The notes: generated by a model not told the origin, from the letters alone. DNA of 58,465 bases from Actinomycetes bacterium (GCA_024276355.1 JAJRXJ010000388.1:1-58465), one strand, 5' to 3'; counted from the stretch's first letter, positions 17,384 through 26,591 are shown. Translations and numbers: made by a program.

Positions 17384-18133
17384 ATGTCGGGTCACTCCAA
17401 ATGGGCAACGATCAAACACAAGAAGGGCGCGGCTGACGCGAAACGCGGCAAGCTTTTCGCCAAGCTGATCAAGCAGGTTGAGGTGGCGGCCCGCACCGGC
17501 GGAGGCGATCTTGATTCCAACGCCACTTTGCGAACCATGTACCAGAAGGCCCGCGATGCCTCCGTGCCGCTCGACACCATCGAGCGGGCGGTCAAGCGGG
17601 GCACCGGAGAGCTCGAGGGCGTCAACTACGAGACCGTCACCTACGAGGGGTACGCGCCCGGTGGGGTGGCCCTCTACATCGAGTGCCTCACCGACAACCG
17701 CAACCGCACCGGTGGCGATGTGCGCAACGCCCTCGCCAAGAACGGCGGCTCTCTCGCCGAGCCGGGCGCGGTGGCCTGGCAGTTCGACCGCAAGGGCGTG
17801 ATCCTGGTGCCGTCGTCCGTCGACGAAGACGAGCTGATGATGGTGGCACTCGACGCCGGTGCCGAGGATCTGGTGGCCGACGGTGACCACTGGCAGGTCA
17901 CCGCCCCGCCAACCGATTTCAACGCGGTGCGCGATGCCATCGAGGCCGCAGGAATTGCGTTCGAGTCAGCCGACCTCACCATGTTGCCGTCGTCGACCGT
18001 CGAGGTCGACGATGCCGGTACCGCCAAGCGGATCCTGCACCTGCTCGAAGTTCTCGACGACATCGACGACGTGCAGGACGTATTCGGCAACTTCGACATG
18101 AGCGATGAACTCATGGAGGCAGCAGTCGAGTAG
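17384..18133 (+). CDS. yebC: YebC/PmpR family DNA-binding transcriptional regulator
   Basis: MSGHSKWATIKHKKGAADAKRGKLFAKL is a canonical N-terminus. Confidence 0.95.
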   Translation: MSGHSKWATIKHKKGAADAKRGKLFAKLIKQVEVAARTGGGDLDSNATLRTMYQKARDASVPLDTIERAVKRGTGELEGVNYETVTYEGYAPGGVALYIECLTDNRNRTGGDVRNALAKNGGSLAEPGAVAWQFDRKGVILVPSSVDEDELMMVALDAGAEDLVADGDHWQVTAPPTDFNAVRDAIEAAGIAFESADLTMLPSSTVEVDDAGTAKRILHLLEVLDDIDDVQDVFGNFDMSDELMEAAVE

Positions 18134-18182
18134 GGCCCGGGCCGATCTGATCTACGGTGTGTCCGACCGACAAGGGGGACAC

Positions 18183-19313
18183 ATGATCGATGCGCCAACT
18201 CTCACGGTCGGGGTTGAGGAGGAGTATCTCCTGGTCGACCTCGAGAGCCGTGAGCTGGTGAACACTGTTCCGGTGGAGCTTCTCGATCGGTGCGAGGATG
18301 CCCTCGGCGACCGTGTATCCACCGAGTTCCTCCAGTGCCAGATCGAGATCATGACCGGCGTGTGCGACTCGATGGCGCAGGTTCGATCAGAGCTTCTCGA
18401 GGCCCGCCGGGCGGTGGCATCGGTGGCCGCCGACTACGGTCTGGCGCCGATCGCCGCGTCGACCCATCCTCTGAGCACCCACCTCGACGTGAGGCGTACC
18501 GAGCGCGACCGCTACGCCACGCTCGCCGACGATCTGCAGGCCGTGGTGGAGCGTCTGGTGATCTGCGGGATGCACGTGCATGTGGGGATCGAGAATGCCG
18601 ATCTGCGCATGGATCTGATGGCACAGGCCACCTACGTGCTGCCGCATCTTCTCGCGCTCACGACCTCATCGCCGTTCTGGGAAGGTGCCGACACCGGTCT
18701 CAAGTCGTATCGGCTGGCCGTGTGGGACGAACTCCCCCGAACCGGGTTGCCGCCCACGTTTTCGAGCTGGGGCGAATACCAGCGCCACGTCGACATTCTC
18801 GTCGATTCAGGGGTGCTGAGAGAGTCGACGATGCTGTGGTGGGACATCCGACCGAGCGCCAAGTTCCCCACCCTCGAGATGCGCATATGCGACGTGTGCA
18901 CGAACGTCGACGATGCTGTGGCCGTGGCGGCGCTTTATCGGTGCTGGTTGCATTTCCTGTGGGGGTTGCGCCGCGGCAATCAACGGTGGCGGTCGTATCT
19001 GCCGATGCTGCTCAACGAGAACCGATGGTTGGCGCAGCGAAACGGCGTGCAGGCCAGCTTGGCGGATTTCGGCCGAGGAGTGCTGGTGCCCATGTCGGAG
19101 CTCATCGATGAGGTGAGCGAGCTGATCTCCCACAGCGCGCAGGATCTCGGATGTGAGGACGAGATCGCCCACCTGAAGACGATTGTTGCCCGGGGCACCA
19201 GTGCCGATCGCCAGCTGGCGGTGAGGGACGCGGTGGCCGGGTCGGGTGGCTCGCACGCGGACTCCCTGCGGGCGGTGGTCGACCATCTGGTGGTCGAGAC
19301 TGTGGCAGGATGA
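18183..19313 (+). CDS. carboxylate-amine ligase, glutamate-cysteine ligase family 2 (YbdK/GCS2)
   Basis: TLTVGVEEEYLLVD...GMHVHVGI...WWDIRPS..FPTLEMRICD is a GCS2 signature. ATG 18183 follows GGGGGA. The track ORF start 18105 overlaps yebC. Confidence 0.85.
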   Translation: MIDAPTLTVGVEEEYLLVDLESRELVNTVPVELLDRCEDALGDRVSTEFLQCQIEIMTGVCDSMAQVRSELLEARRAVASVAADYGLAPIAASTHPLSTHLDVRRTERDRYATLADDLQAVVERLVICGMHVHVGIENADLRMDLMAQATYVLPHLLALTTSSPFWEGADTGLKSYRLAVWDELPRTGLPPTFSSWGEYQRHVDILVDSGVLRESTMLWWDIRPSAKFPTLEMRICDVCTNVDDAVAVAALYRCWLHFLWGLRRGNQRWRSYLPMLLNENRWLAQRNGVQASLADFGRGVLVPMSELIDEVSELISHSAQDLGCEDEIAHLKTIVARGTSADRQLAVRDAVAGSGGSHADSLRAVVDHLVVETVAG

Positions 19314-19319
19314 CTGAAG

Positions 19320-19331
19320 CCCCGGCCGGGG
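19320..19331 (+). terminator. GC palindrome CCCCGGCCGGGG just after the GCS2 stop (possible hairpin, no U-tract)
   Basis: Perfect 12-nt palindrome 7 nt after the stop at 19313. Confidence 0.25.
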
Positions 19332-19334
19332 ACT

Positions 19335-19356
19335 GTACATTACCCCCGTAGGGTAC
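19335..19356. promoter_or_regulatory. CsoR-type operator-like pseudo-palindrome GTACAT-TACCC-CCGTA-GGGTA-C upstream of the multicopper oxidase
   Basis: The core TACCC-N5-GGGTA (19341-19355) is flanked by GTAC...GTAC. It overlaps the -10-like hexamers TACATT and TAGGGT and lies 15 nt upstream of ATG 19371. Confidence 0.45.
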
Positions 19357-19370
19357 TACCGGAGGTCATC

Positions 19371-20906
19371 ATGACTGGTGTCGACAGAAGACGATTCCTC
19401 AAGCTTTATCTCGGAGCGGCGGCCGGCGTCGGGGCCGTCTCCCTCGCCGGGTGCAGCGGGTCGTCCCCCGCCGAAACCACGGCCACCACATCCCCCTCCG
19501 GCGCGGCCGGTGTCACCACCACGAATGCGCCGGGTGTGACCTCCTCCCCGAACGCCACCGCCCCCCTCGGCGACACCGGCACCTTTCGATCGCCCGATGT
19601 GATCTCGTCGGTCGACGGAGTTCTGGAGGCCACGCTCACCGCGGTGGCGGCGATGGTTCCCTTCGGCGATGGCGAGAGATGGGCCTACACCTACGGCGGC
19701 TCCACCCCGGGGCCGACCCTGCGGGCCCGCCCCGGCGACCTGCTGAGAATCCGGGTGGTCAACCAGATCGACAACCCCACCAATCTCCATACACACGGCC
19801 TGCATGTCTCGCCCGAAGGCAACAGTGACAACGTGTTCGTCAGCATCGATCCCGGCTCGGAGTTCCTCTACGAAATACAACTGCCCGACGACCATCGCGG
19901 CGGCACCTACTGGTATCACCCACATCGTCACGGCTTCGTCGCCGGCCAGGTGTCGGGCGGCATGGCCGGAATGATCATCGTCGAGGACGAGTCCGACAAC
20001 GATCCGGTTCTCGCGGCCGCCACCGAGCGCGTGATGGTCCTGAGTGACCCACGAATCGGATCCGACTCCTCGGTCATCTCCGTTTCGCGAATGGACCGAA
20101 TGGGGGGCCGACAAGGCGACGTGGTGACCGTCAACGGCATTGCCCAGCCGATGATCGAGGCCACCACCGGCACGCTGGAGAGATGGCGGCTGGTCAACGC
20201 CAGCCCGTCGCGTTACTACAGTCTGGTGATGGACGGCGCACCGCTGGTGCTGATCGGCACCGACGGCGGTCTCATGGGATCCCCGGTCGCCATCGACTCC
20301 CTGCTCATGGCTCCCGGCGAGCGAGCCGAGCTGCTGGTACCCGTCACCTCCGCCGGGCTCGTCACCCTGCGGTCCCGACACTACGACCGCGGCGGTCCCG
20401 GCATGGGCGCCGGATCATCCGGCGACATCGACATTGTCTCCCTCAACGCCTCTGGTCCTGATTCCGAAGCGGTGGTGCCGCCAACCCTGGCCGGGGCGGC
20501 GATTCCTCCCGTGCCGAGGACCAACGGTACCAGGGCACTCGAGCTCTCGATGGGTGGTGGCGGCATGGGCGGCGGTGGTATGTCGTTCAAGATCGACGGC
20601 CGCACCTTCGACCCCGACCGCATCGACAACCGGCTGACCCTCGGAGACACCGAGGAGTGGACCGTCACCAACGTGTCGGAGATGGACCACCCGTTCCACA
20701 TCCACATCTGGCAGTTCCATGTGGTGGACGCCAGCGACAAGAGCCTGATCTCCCCCGGACTCAAGGACACGGTGAACGTGCCGGCCGGTGGGTGGGTCAA
20801 GTTCGTGCTCGACATCGTCAATTACCCCGGCAAGGCCGTCTACCACTGCCACATCCTCGACCACGAGGACCAGGGCATGATGGGCGTGTTCGAGACCACA
20901 GCCTGA
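19371..20906 (+). CDS. multicopper oxidase (CueO/laccase-like), Tat-exported lipoprotein
   Basis: Twin-arginine signal RRRFLK plus lipobox LAGC. Copper-site motifs HTHGLHV, WYHPHRHG, HPFHIHIWQF and HCHILDHEDQGMMG. A Met/Gly insert MGGGGMGGGGM is also present. Confidence 0.9.
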   Translation: MTGVDRRRFLKLYLGAAAGVGAVSLAGCSGSSPAETTATTSPSGAAGVTTTNAPGVTSSPNATAPLGDTGTFRSPDVISSVDGVLEATLTAVAAMVPFGDGERWAYTYGGSTPGPTLRARPGDLLRIRVVNQIDNPTNLHTHGLHVSPEGNSDNVFVSIDPGSEFLYEIQLPDDHRGGTYWYHPHRHGFVAGQVSGGMAGMIIVEDESDNDPVLAAATERVMVLSDPRIGSDSSVISVSRMDRMGGRQGDVVTVNGIAQPMIEATTGTLERWRLVNASPSRYYSLVMDGAPLVLIGTDGGLMGSPVAIDSLLMAPGERAELLVPVTSAGLVTLRSRHYDRGGPGMGAGSSGDIDIVSLNASGPDSEAVVPPTLAGAAIPPVPRTNGTRALELSMGGGGMGGGGMSFKIDGRTFDPDRIDNRLTLGDTEEWTVTNVSEMDHPFHIHIWQFHVVDASDKSLISPGLKDTVNVPAGGWVKFVLDIVNYPGKAVYHCHILDHEDQGMMGVFETTA

Positions 20907-20920
20907 GCATCGGCTGAAGG

Positions 20921-21745
20921 TCAGACGCCGTCGGCCACCCCCAGCAGCCGCTGGCGCTTCACGCCGCTCATGCCACGAGCGGTCGACAGCAGACCGATGG
21001 TCCAGGTGATGGCCCCGATGATGATCGTGGTCGACGCCGATCCGTAGATGGCCCCCGAAGCCTGGGCGTAGGCAACTCCGATCAACGGAAGCGTGATCAG
21101 CCCCGACGCCTGCTGCGCGGCCGCGGTCGACTTGACCTTGCCGGACATGCGCAGCACGAGCGACAGCCCGACCAGCAGGAATCCCGGAAGCACCCACAGC
21201 ATCAGCAGCCACCACTGGGCCGTCGGGAAGAACCACCCGCCCACCTGGGGCCCGACTATCAGGTTGACGATCAAGGAGTAGGCGCCGAATCCGACCATGG
21301 TGGTGACATATCCGGGAACCAGACTGGCCAGGAGCTTGCCCAGGTAGATCTCGCGGGTGGACGCGGGGGAGTGGGCCAGGAACTCGCCGGTGCCCCGTTC
21401 GCGTTCCCCGACGAGGGTGGCGGCCCCGACTGCCGTCGAGATGGTGAGTGGAACGACCACTGCCATCGGCGCGAACAGATACACGGCCAGCGCATACGAG
21501 GTGCGCCCCTGGGGCGAGTCCCCGAGGATCTGGTCCTGGGCTTTTTGCGGCAGCAGCGAGAGCGTGTCCGATATTTGCTGTACGGCCCCGACGTCACCGA
21601 GCGATGAGATGCCGATCAGCAAGAACGCGGGCACGATCACGAAGAAGATCGATCCGAGGATGGTCATCGGCAACCAGAAGTCCCGGGCCAGCACGAGCTG
21701 TCGAAGATCGGTCCTGGCGATGGTGAATGTACGGTTCCAGTTCAT
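20921..21745 (-). CDS. ABC-2 type transporter permease
   Basis: 274 aa with about 6 TM helices. It overlaps the upstream ATPase gene by 4 nt. Confidence 0.8.
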   Translation of the reverse strand: MNWNRTFTIARTDLRQLVLARDFWLPMTILGSIFFVIVPAFLLIGISSLGDVGAVQQISDTLSLLPQKAQDQILGDSPQGRTSYALAVYLFAPMAVVVPLTISTAVGAATLVGERERGTGEFLAHSPASTREIYLGKLLASLVPGYVTTMVGFGAYSLIVNLIVGPQVGGWFFPTAQWWLLMLWVLPGFLLVGLSLVLRMSGKVKSTAAAQQASGLITLPLIGVAYAQASGAIYGSASTTIIIGAITWTIGLLSTARGMSGVKRQRLLGVADGV

Positions 21746-22731
21746 CGTGACACCGACAATGACAAGCGACTCTCCCCGAGTTCGCGCGCCGTTCGGCGTA
21801 CCGCGAAGTAGAGCTCCTCGAGGCTCGGCTCACGCGGCGAGACACGCGCCACCCTGACCCCTGATCGAACCAAGGCAGCCACGATGTCGGGGGTGACGCT
21901 CTGGTCGTCGATCATCACGCGTATCCCATCGGCGGTCTGCTGCACGCCTCTCACCCCGCTGATCAGTTCCAAACCGGCCGATGACACGGCCCCAGCGCCG
22001 ACCGAGATGTCGACGAGTTCGTCGGGCCAGTATTGGTGAACCAATGCGTCGGGAGCCCCGGCGACGAGATCGGTTCCGGCATCGAGCACCACCACATGAT
22101 CGGCCAGGCCCTCGGCCTCCACCAGGTGGTGGGTGCACATGATGACGGTTCTCCCGTCGTGGGTCATTTCGCGGATCAGCGCCAACACCGCCTGGGCCGA
22201 CTCCGGGTCGAGTCCAGATGTGGGTTCGTCGAACAGAAGAAGCTCCGGCTCGTGCAGCACCGATCGAGCCAGCGCCAAGCGGGTTTTCATCCCTGTCGAG
22301 TATCCGCCGACCTGTTTGTCGAGCGCGTGGCTGATGCCGAACCGCCCGGCCGACTCGGCAATGCGCGAGTCGATGAATGCCGGTACGACCCCGTGGAGTC
22401 GAGCCGCGTAGACAAGATTGTCGCGGCCGGACAGGCGGTCGTAGAGAGCCGGCTTGGCCGAGACGACACCTATCGAGGCCCGGATGTCCTCGCCGTGGCG
22501 TTCGGGGTCGTGGCCGAGAGTGCGTATCGAACCGGCGTCGGGAGTCATTGCCCCGGTCATCACCCGCACGGCCGTGGTCTTGCCGGCGCCGTTGGGTCCG
22601 AGCAGGACGGTGATCCTGCCGGTCGGGGCGACCAGGTCGAGGTTCTGGAGTGCGGGTACATCACCGAATGACTTGCCGACGGAACGCATGGACACGGCTG
22701 GAGAAAGCGGCACGGAAGATGTCACCAACAC
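21742..22731 (-). CDS. ABC transporter ATP-binding protein
   Basis: Walker A GPNGAGKTT, signature YSTGMKTRL and Walker B LLLFDEPTSGLD. Confidence 0.92.
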   Translation of the reverse strand: MLVTSSVPLSPAVSMRSVGKSFGDVPALQNLDLVAPTGRITVLLGPNGAGKTTAVRVMTGAMTPDAGSIRTLGHDPERHGEDIRASIGVVSAKPALYDRLSGRDNLVYAARLHGVVPAFIDSRIAESAGRFGISHALDKQVGGYSTGMKTRLALARSVLHEPELLLFDEPTSGLDPESAQAVLALIREMTHDGRTVIMCTHHLVEAEGLADHVVVLDAGTDLVAGAPDALVHQYWPDELVDISVGAGAVSSAGLELISGVRGVQQTADGIRVMIDDQSVTPDIVAALVRSGVRVARVSPREPSLEELYFAVRRTARELGESRLSLSVSR

Positions 22732-22763
22732 ATCATCGGCAGCGGACGGTCAGCCTGAAGCGG

Positions 22764-23315
22764 TCAACATCCCCGTTTGATGGTCAAGGCTTTCAGGGTG
22801 GCCCCCCATTCGTACGCCACCCGCCATATGAACGGCTGGGAGTGGGGCACTCCGACGAACTGGGCCTCGCCATCCCAGCAACGGCCGAGAAGCATCCGGG
22901 CCCGCGTGATCTGGTCGGTGGAGGCGACGACTATCAGCGAGTCCCACCCCCGTTCGTCGGCCATTTGCGCGATCTGCCTTATCTCACCGCGTGTGGTGGC
23001 CGGGTCGGGCTGAAAGCAGAGGGCCTCGGTGTCCTTCATGACCAGTCGACCCGATTCGTTGCATGGTCGCGCCGCCCAGACGTGCTGGTCGGGCACGTAC
23101 TGGGCGGAGAACACCACAATCGGGGCCAGGCCACGGTCGACTCCCAATTCGACGGCCTTGTCGACCCGGTCGCCACCGCCGGCGAGCATCACCACGGCAT
23201 CGGCCGCGGTGGGCGTACCAGTCGATGGATACCGGAAGAGTTTCAGGGTGAGGGCCACGAACCCAACCGCGGTCACGGCGAGGGCCGTCAACACGAGTTT
23301 CCTTCGCCGCGGCAT
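22764..23315 (-). CDS. YdcF/DUF218 (ElyC/SanA-like) family protein with N-terminal TM anchor
   Basis: ADAVVMLAGGGDRV...IVVFS...TTRGEIRQIAQMADERGWDSLIVVASTDQITRARML is a DUF218 pattern. Start set at MPRRRKL; track start 23378 would abut the ruvC start. Confidence 0.72.
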   Translation of the reverse strand: MPRRRKLVLTALAVTAVGFVALTLKLFRYPSTGTPTAADAVVMLAGGGDRVDKAVELGVDRGLAPIVVFSAQYVPDQHVWAARPCNESGRLVMKDTEALCFQPDPATTRGEIRQIAQMADERGWDSLIVVASTDQITRARMLLGRCWDGEAQFVGVPHSQPFIWRVAYEWGATLKALTIKRGC

Positions 23316-23370
23316 CCCGACAGCCTGCCACGATACGTGTCCCACGCGTTGCCGGGTACCGGCACTAGGG

Positions 23371-23386
23371 TCGTACATGTGTTCGT
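23371..23386. promoter_or_regulatory. LexA/SOS-box-like palindrome TCGTAC-ATGT-GTTCGT overlapping the ruvC start
   Basis: 10 of 12 arm positions match TCGAAC-N4-GTTCGA. TAGGGT (23366-23371) abuts it, and GTG 23379 lies inside it in the same register as at the HNH gene. Confidence 0.45.
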
Positions 23387-23873
23387 TCTTGGTATAGACC
23401 CCGGTCTTTCGCGATGTGGCTACGGGTGCCTGGAAAGTGGCCGCCGGCCGACCGCAGTGTCAGCCGGAGTGATTCGCACCGACCCGTCGATCGAGCGGCC
23501 CAAGCGGCTTGCCGAGCTTCAGCTGGAGATACGAGAACTGATCACCGAGTTCCGTCCCCACACTGTTGCGATCGAGCGTGTCTTCTTCCAACACAATGTC
23601 AGCACGGCCATGACCGTGGGCATGGTGAGCGGGATAGTCATGGCCGAGGCCGCGGCCGCGGGTTGCGAGGTGGCCGAATACTCGCCCAACGAGGTCAAAC
23701 AGGCCGTGGCCGGCTGGGGCGGTGCCGACAAGACCCAGATCGGGCAGATGGTCCAGACCCTGCTCGGATTGTCAGAACCGCTGAGGCCAGCCGACACCGC
23801 CGACGCGGTGGCCATAGCGTTGTGTCACCTTGCCCACCAGCGGGTGGGTGCATCAGGAGGTTCAAGACGATGA
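23379..23873 (+). CDS. ruvC: crossover junction endodeoxyribonuclease RuvC
   Basis: (M)FVLGIDPGLSRCGYGCLE... The track ORF 22650..23873 N-terminal extension is antisense to ydcF and was trimmed. Confidence 0.92.
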   Translation: MFVLGIDPGLSRCGYGCLESGRRPTAVSAGVIRTDPSIERPKRLAELQLEIRELITEFRPHTVAIERVFFQHNVSTAMTVGMVSGIVMAEAAAAGCEVAEYSPNEVKQAVAGWGGADKTQIGQMVQTLLGLSEPLRPADTADAVAIALCHLAHQRVGASGGSRR

Positions 23874-24478
23874 TCGGTTCATTGCGGGGGCGGCTTCTCG
23901 ATCGAAACCACGACGGCGAACTCCTGATCGAAGTCGCAGGAATCGGATACAGGGTCCTGGTCACCCCGTCCACTTCGGTGGGCCTGGGCGAACCCGATTC
24001 CGAGGTGTTCCTCCACACCCATCATTCGGTGCGCGAAGACAGCGAGACTCTCTACGGGTTCGCCACCATCGACCAACGACGTGTTTTCGAGACCCTCATC
24101 TCGGCCCACGGGGTCGGGCCTTCTCTGGGGTTGGCGATCCTGTCGGTCCACGGGCCGGACGCACTCCGTAGGGCGGTAGCCGACGACGACATCAGCGCGC
24201 TCTGCCTAGTGCCGGGGGTCGGCAAGAAGACCGCGGCTCGAATCGTGATGGAGCTGAAGTCCAAGCTCGACCTGCCCGATTCGCCGGTGGTGGTGCTCAC
24301 CGACGGGGGAGGGGCCACCATCACCTCCACCACCAGATCCGATCTGCGTTCGGCCCTCGAGGGCCTGGGCTACGCCCCCGACGAGATCCACGCGGCCCTG
24401 TCGGAGCTACCCGACGATGGCGACATCGGAGAACTTCTCAAGGATGCCCTGCGCCTGCTGGCCACAGGAGGACGCTGA
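23870..24478 (+). CDS. ruvA: Holliday junction DNA helicase subunit RuvA
   Basis: MIGSLRGRLLD...LYGF...F..LISAHGVGPSLGLAILS. ATGA overlap with ruvC; RBS AGGAGG. Confidence 0.95.
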   Translation: MIGSLRGRLLDRNHDGELLIEVAGIGYRVLVTPSTSVGLGEPDSEVFLHTHHSVREDSETLYGFATIDQRRVFETLISAHGVGPSLGLAILSVHGPDALRRAVADDDISALCLVPGVGKKTAARIVMELKSKLDLPDSPVVVLTDGGGATITSTTRSDLRSALEGLGYAPDEIHAALSELPDDGDIGELLKDALRLLATGGR

Positions 24479-24481
24479 CCC

Positions 24482-25519
24482 ATGCGCGAGGAGATTCTGT
24501 CGCCCCGGGAGGAGCCCCTCGACCCGGTCGCCGACGAGCCCGGGCTGCGGCCCCGCAACCTTGGTGAGTTCGTCGGTCAGTCCGAGCTGAAGGGTCATCT
24601 CGGCGTGATGCTCGGAGCGGCCCGCAAACGCCGTGAGGCCACCGACCACATGCTCTTCGCCGGACCGCCGGGGCTGGGAAAGACCACCTTGGCCAACATC
24701 GTTGCCGCCGAGATGAACACCAACATCCAGGTCACATCCGGGCCGGCCCTGGAGCGTGCCGGCGATCTGGCCTCGATCCTCTCCAAGATCGAGGAGGGCG
24801 ACGTGCTGTTCATCGACGAGATCCACCGTCTGCCCCGCGCCGTCGAGGAGGTGCTCTACCCGGCCATGGAGGACTTCCGCATCGACATCGTGCTGGGCAA
24901 GGGCCCGGCGGCCCGCTCCATCCCGCTCGAGTTGTCCAACTTCACTCTCGTCGGGGCCACCACCCGCACCGGGCTCATCACCGGCCCGTTACGGGACCGC
25001 TTCGGCCTCGTGGCTCGCCTCGAGTACTACGAAGTCGACGATCTGCAGTCGATCGTTCTGCGAGCAGCAGGCATTCTCGGAGTCGAGATCACCACCGACG
25101 GTGCCTGGGAAATCGCCCGCCGGTCGCGGGGCACCCCTAGAATCGCCAATCGCCTGCTGCGGCAGGTGCGGGATTTTGCCGACATCGAGCGAGATTCCAA
25201 CATCGACGCCGAGGTCGCATCCGATGGGCTCAGCTTCTTCGGTGTCGACGAACTGGGTCTCGACAAGGCTTCGCGCGCGGTGCTCGAATCCATCTGCCAT
25301 CGCTTCGGCGGGGGGCCCGTGGGCCTGTCCACCCTGGCGATCAGTGTCAGCGAACCGACCGAGACCGTGGAAGACGTGTACGAGCCCTACCTGATACAGC
25401 AGGGGCTGCTCATGCGAACCCCGAGGGGTCGCGTGGCCACCCCAGCGGCTTGGTCACACCTTGGTGTTGTCCCGCCGCCATCGGCCCAGCCCGGTCCACA
25501 AAACGGTCTGTTCGGCTGA
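24482..25519 (+). CDS. ruvB: Holliday junction DNA helicase RuvB
   Basis: AAA+ Walker [18 protein letters not shown] and the RuvB C-terminal winged helix. Confidence 0.97.
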   Translation: MREEILSPREEPLDPVADEPGLRPRNLGEFVGQSELKGHLGVMLGAARKRREATDHMLFAGPPGLGKTTLANIVAAEMNTNIQVTSGPALERAGDLASILSKIEEGDVLFIDEIHRLPRAVEEVLYPAMEDFRIDIVLGKGPAARSIPLELSNFTLVGATTRTGLITGPLRDRFGLVARLEYYEVDDLQSIVLRAAGILGVEITTDGAWEIARRSRGTPRIANRLLRQVRDFADIERDSNIDAEVASDGLSFFGVDELGLDKASRAVLESICHRFGGGPVGLSTLAISVSEPTETVEDVYEPYLIQQGLLMRTPRGRVATPAAWSHLGVVPPPSAQPGPQNGLFG

Positions 25520-25538
25520 CCCCTACGCTCTGTTGGGC

Positions 25539-26591
25539 ATGCCCCCATCGCCCCCACCGCAGACTCCCGACGACATCGAATACCACCTGCCTCCGGAGGC
25601 CATTGCCCAGCATCCGCTGCAGCAGCGAGACTCGGCCCGCCTGCTGGTCGATCACGGTGGGGTGGTGGAGCATCGCCGGGTCAGAGATCTGGCCGACCTC
25701 CTTGATCCCGGAGACGTGGTCGTGGTGAACGACACCCGTGTCCTTCCGGCTCGGCTGCCCTTGCGCCGCGCCAGTGGTGGAGCCGCTGAGGTGCTGCTTC
25801 TCGAGGAGCGTGACGACGGCAGGTGGGAAGCACTGGTCAGACCGTCGCGAAAGCTGCCTCCGGGCACCGTGGTCAGAGGGGCCGGTCTCGATGTCGTCGT
25901 GGAGGACGATTTCGGCGACGGCCGCCGGATGGTGAGCCTCGACCCCGGGAGTCGACCATTGATGGAGGTACTCGCCGAGGTCGGGTTGGCTCCACTACCG
26001 CCCTACATCCACGCCCACCTCGACGACCCCGAGCGTTACCAGACCGTGTTTGCCGACCGCCCGGTGTCGGCGGCGGCGCCGACGGCCGGTTTGCACATCA
26101 CCAACGACGTGCTCGACCGTCTCCGTCGGAAGGGCGTGGAGGTGGTCACCGTCGAGCTGGCGGTGGGGCTCGACACGTTCCGGCCCGTTCAAGTCGAGCA
26201 CCTCGACGATCACGTGATCCACACCGAGCGTTATCTGGTTCCCGACTCCACCGCGAATGCGGTGGAGTCCGCCGAGCGGGTGGTGGCGGTGGGCACCACC
26301 TCGGTGAGGGCGCTGGAGACCTGGGCGGCCACCGGCGAGCGCGAGGGCCGAAGCAGCCTGTTTATCCGCAGGCCCTACCAGTGGCGCGTGGTAGACCGAC
26401 TACTCACCAACTTCCATCTGCCCCGATCCACCCTGCTGTGCCTCGTGGATGCCTTCGTCGGATCGCGTTGGCGAGAGATCTACTCGCTTGCCATCGACGA
26501 GGGCTACCGCTTCTTGTCGTTCGGAGATGCCATGCTGCTCGACCGGATGGATCAGGCGGCCTCAGATCAGAGGCCGAGCAACACTCCGTAG
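25539..26591 (+). CDS. queA: S-adenosylmethionine:tRNA ribosyltransferase-isomerase
   Basis: YHLPPEAIAQHPLQQRDSARLLV...LPPYI...TAGLHIT...VGTTSVRALE...LLTNFHLPRSTLL. Confidence 0.93.
   Translation: MPPSPPPQTPDDIEYHLPPEAIAQHPLQQRDSARLLVDHGGVVEHRRVRDLADLLDPGDVVVVNDTRVLPARLPLRRASGGAAEVLLLEERDDGRWEALVRPSRKLPPGTVVRGAGLDVVVEDDFGDGRRMVSLDPGSRPLMEVLAEVGLAPLPPYIHAHLDDPERYQTVFADRPVSAAAPTAGLHITNDVLDRLRRKGVEVVTVELAVGLDTFRPVQVEHLDDHVIHTERYLVPDSTANAVESAERVVAVGTTSVRALETWAATGEREGRSSLFIRRPYQWRVVDRLLTNFHLPRSTLLCLVDAFVGSRWREIYSLAIDEGYRFLSFGDAMLLDRMDQAASDQRPSNTP

Noticed and set aside
23316-23378. ydcF starting at ATG 23378 (MYDPSAG...), back to back with the ruvC GTG
   Set aside because: That start has no -10-like hexamer or RBS upstream on the minus strand. 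The basic MPRRRKL plus TM segment beginning at 23315 is a typical signal-anchor N-terminus. It is kept as a note only because the CATGTG juxtaposition is curious.
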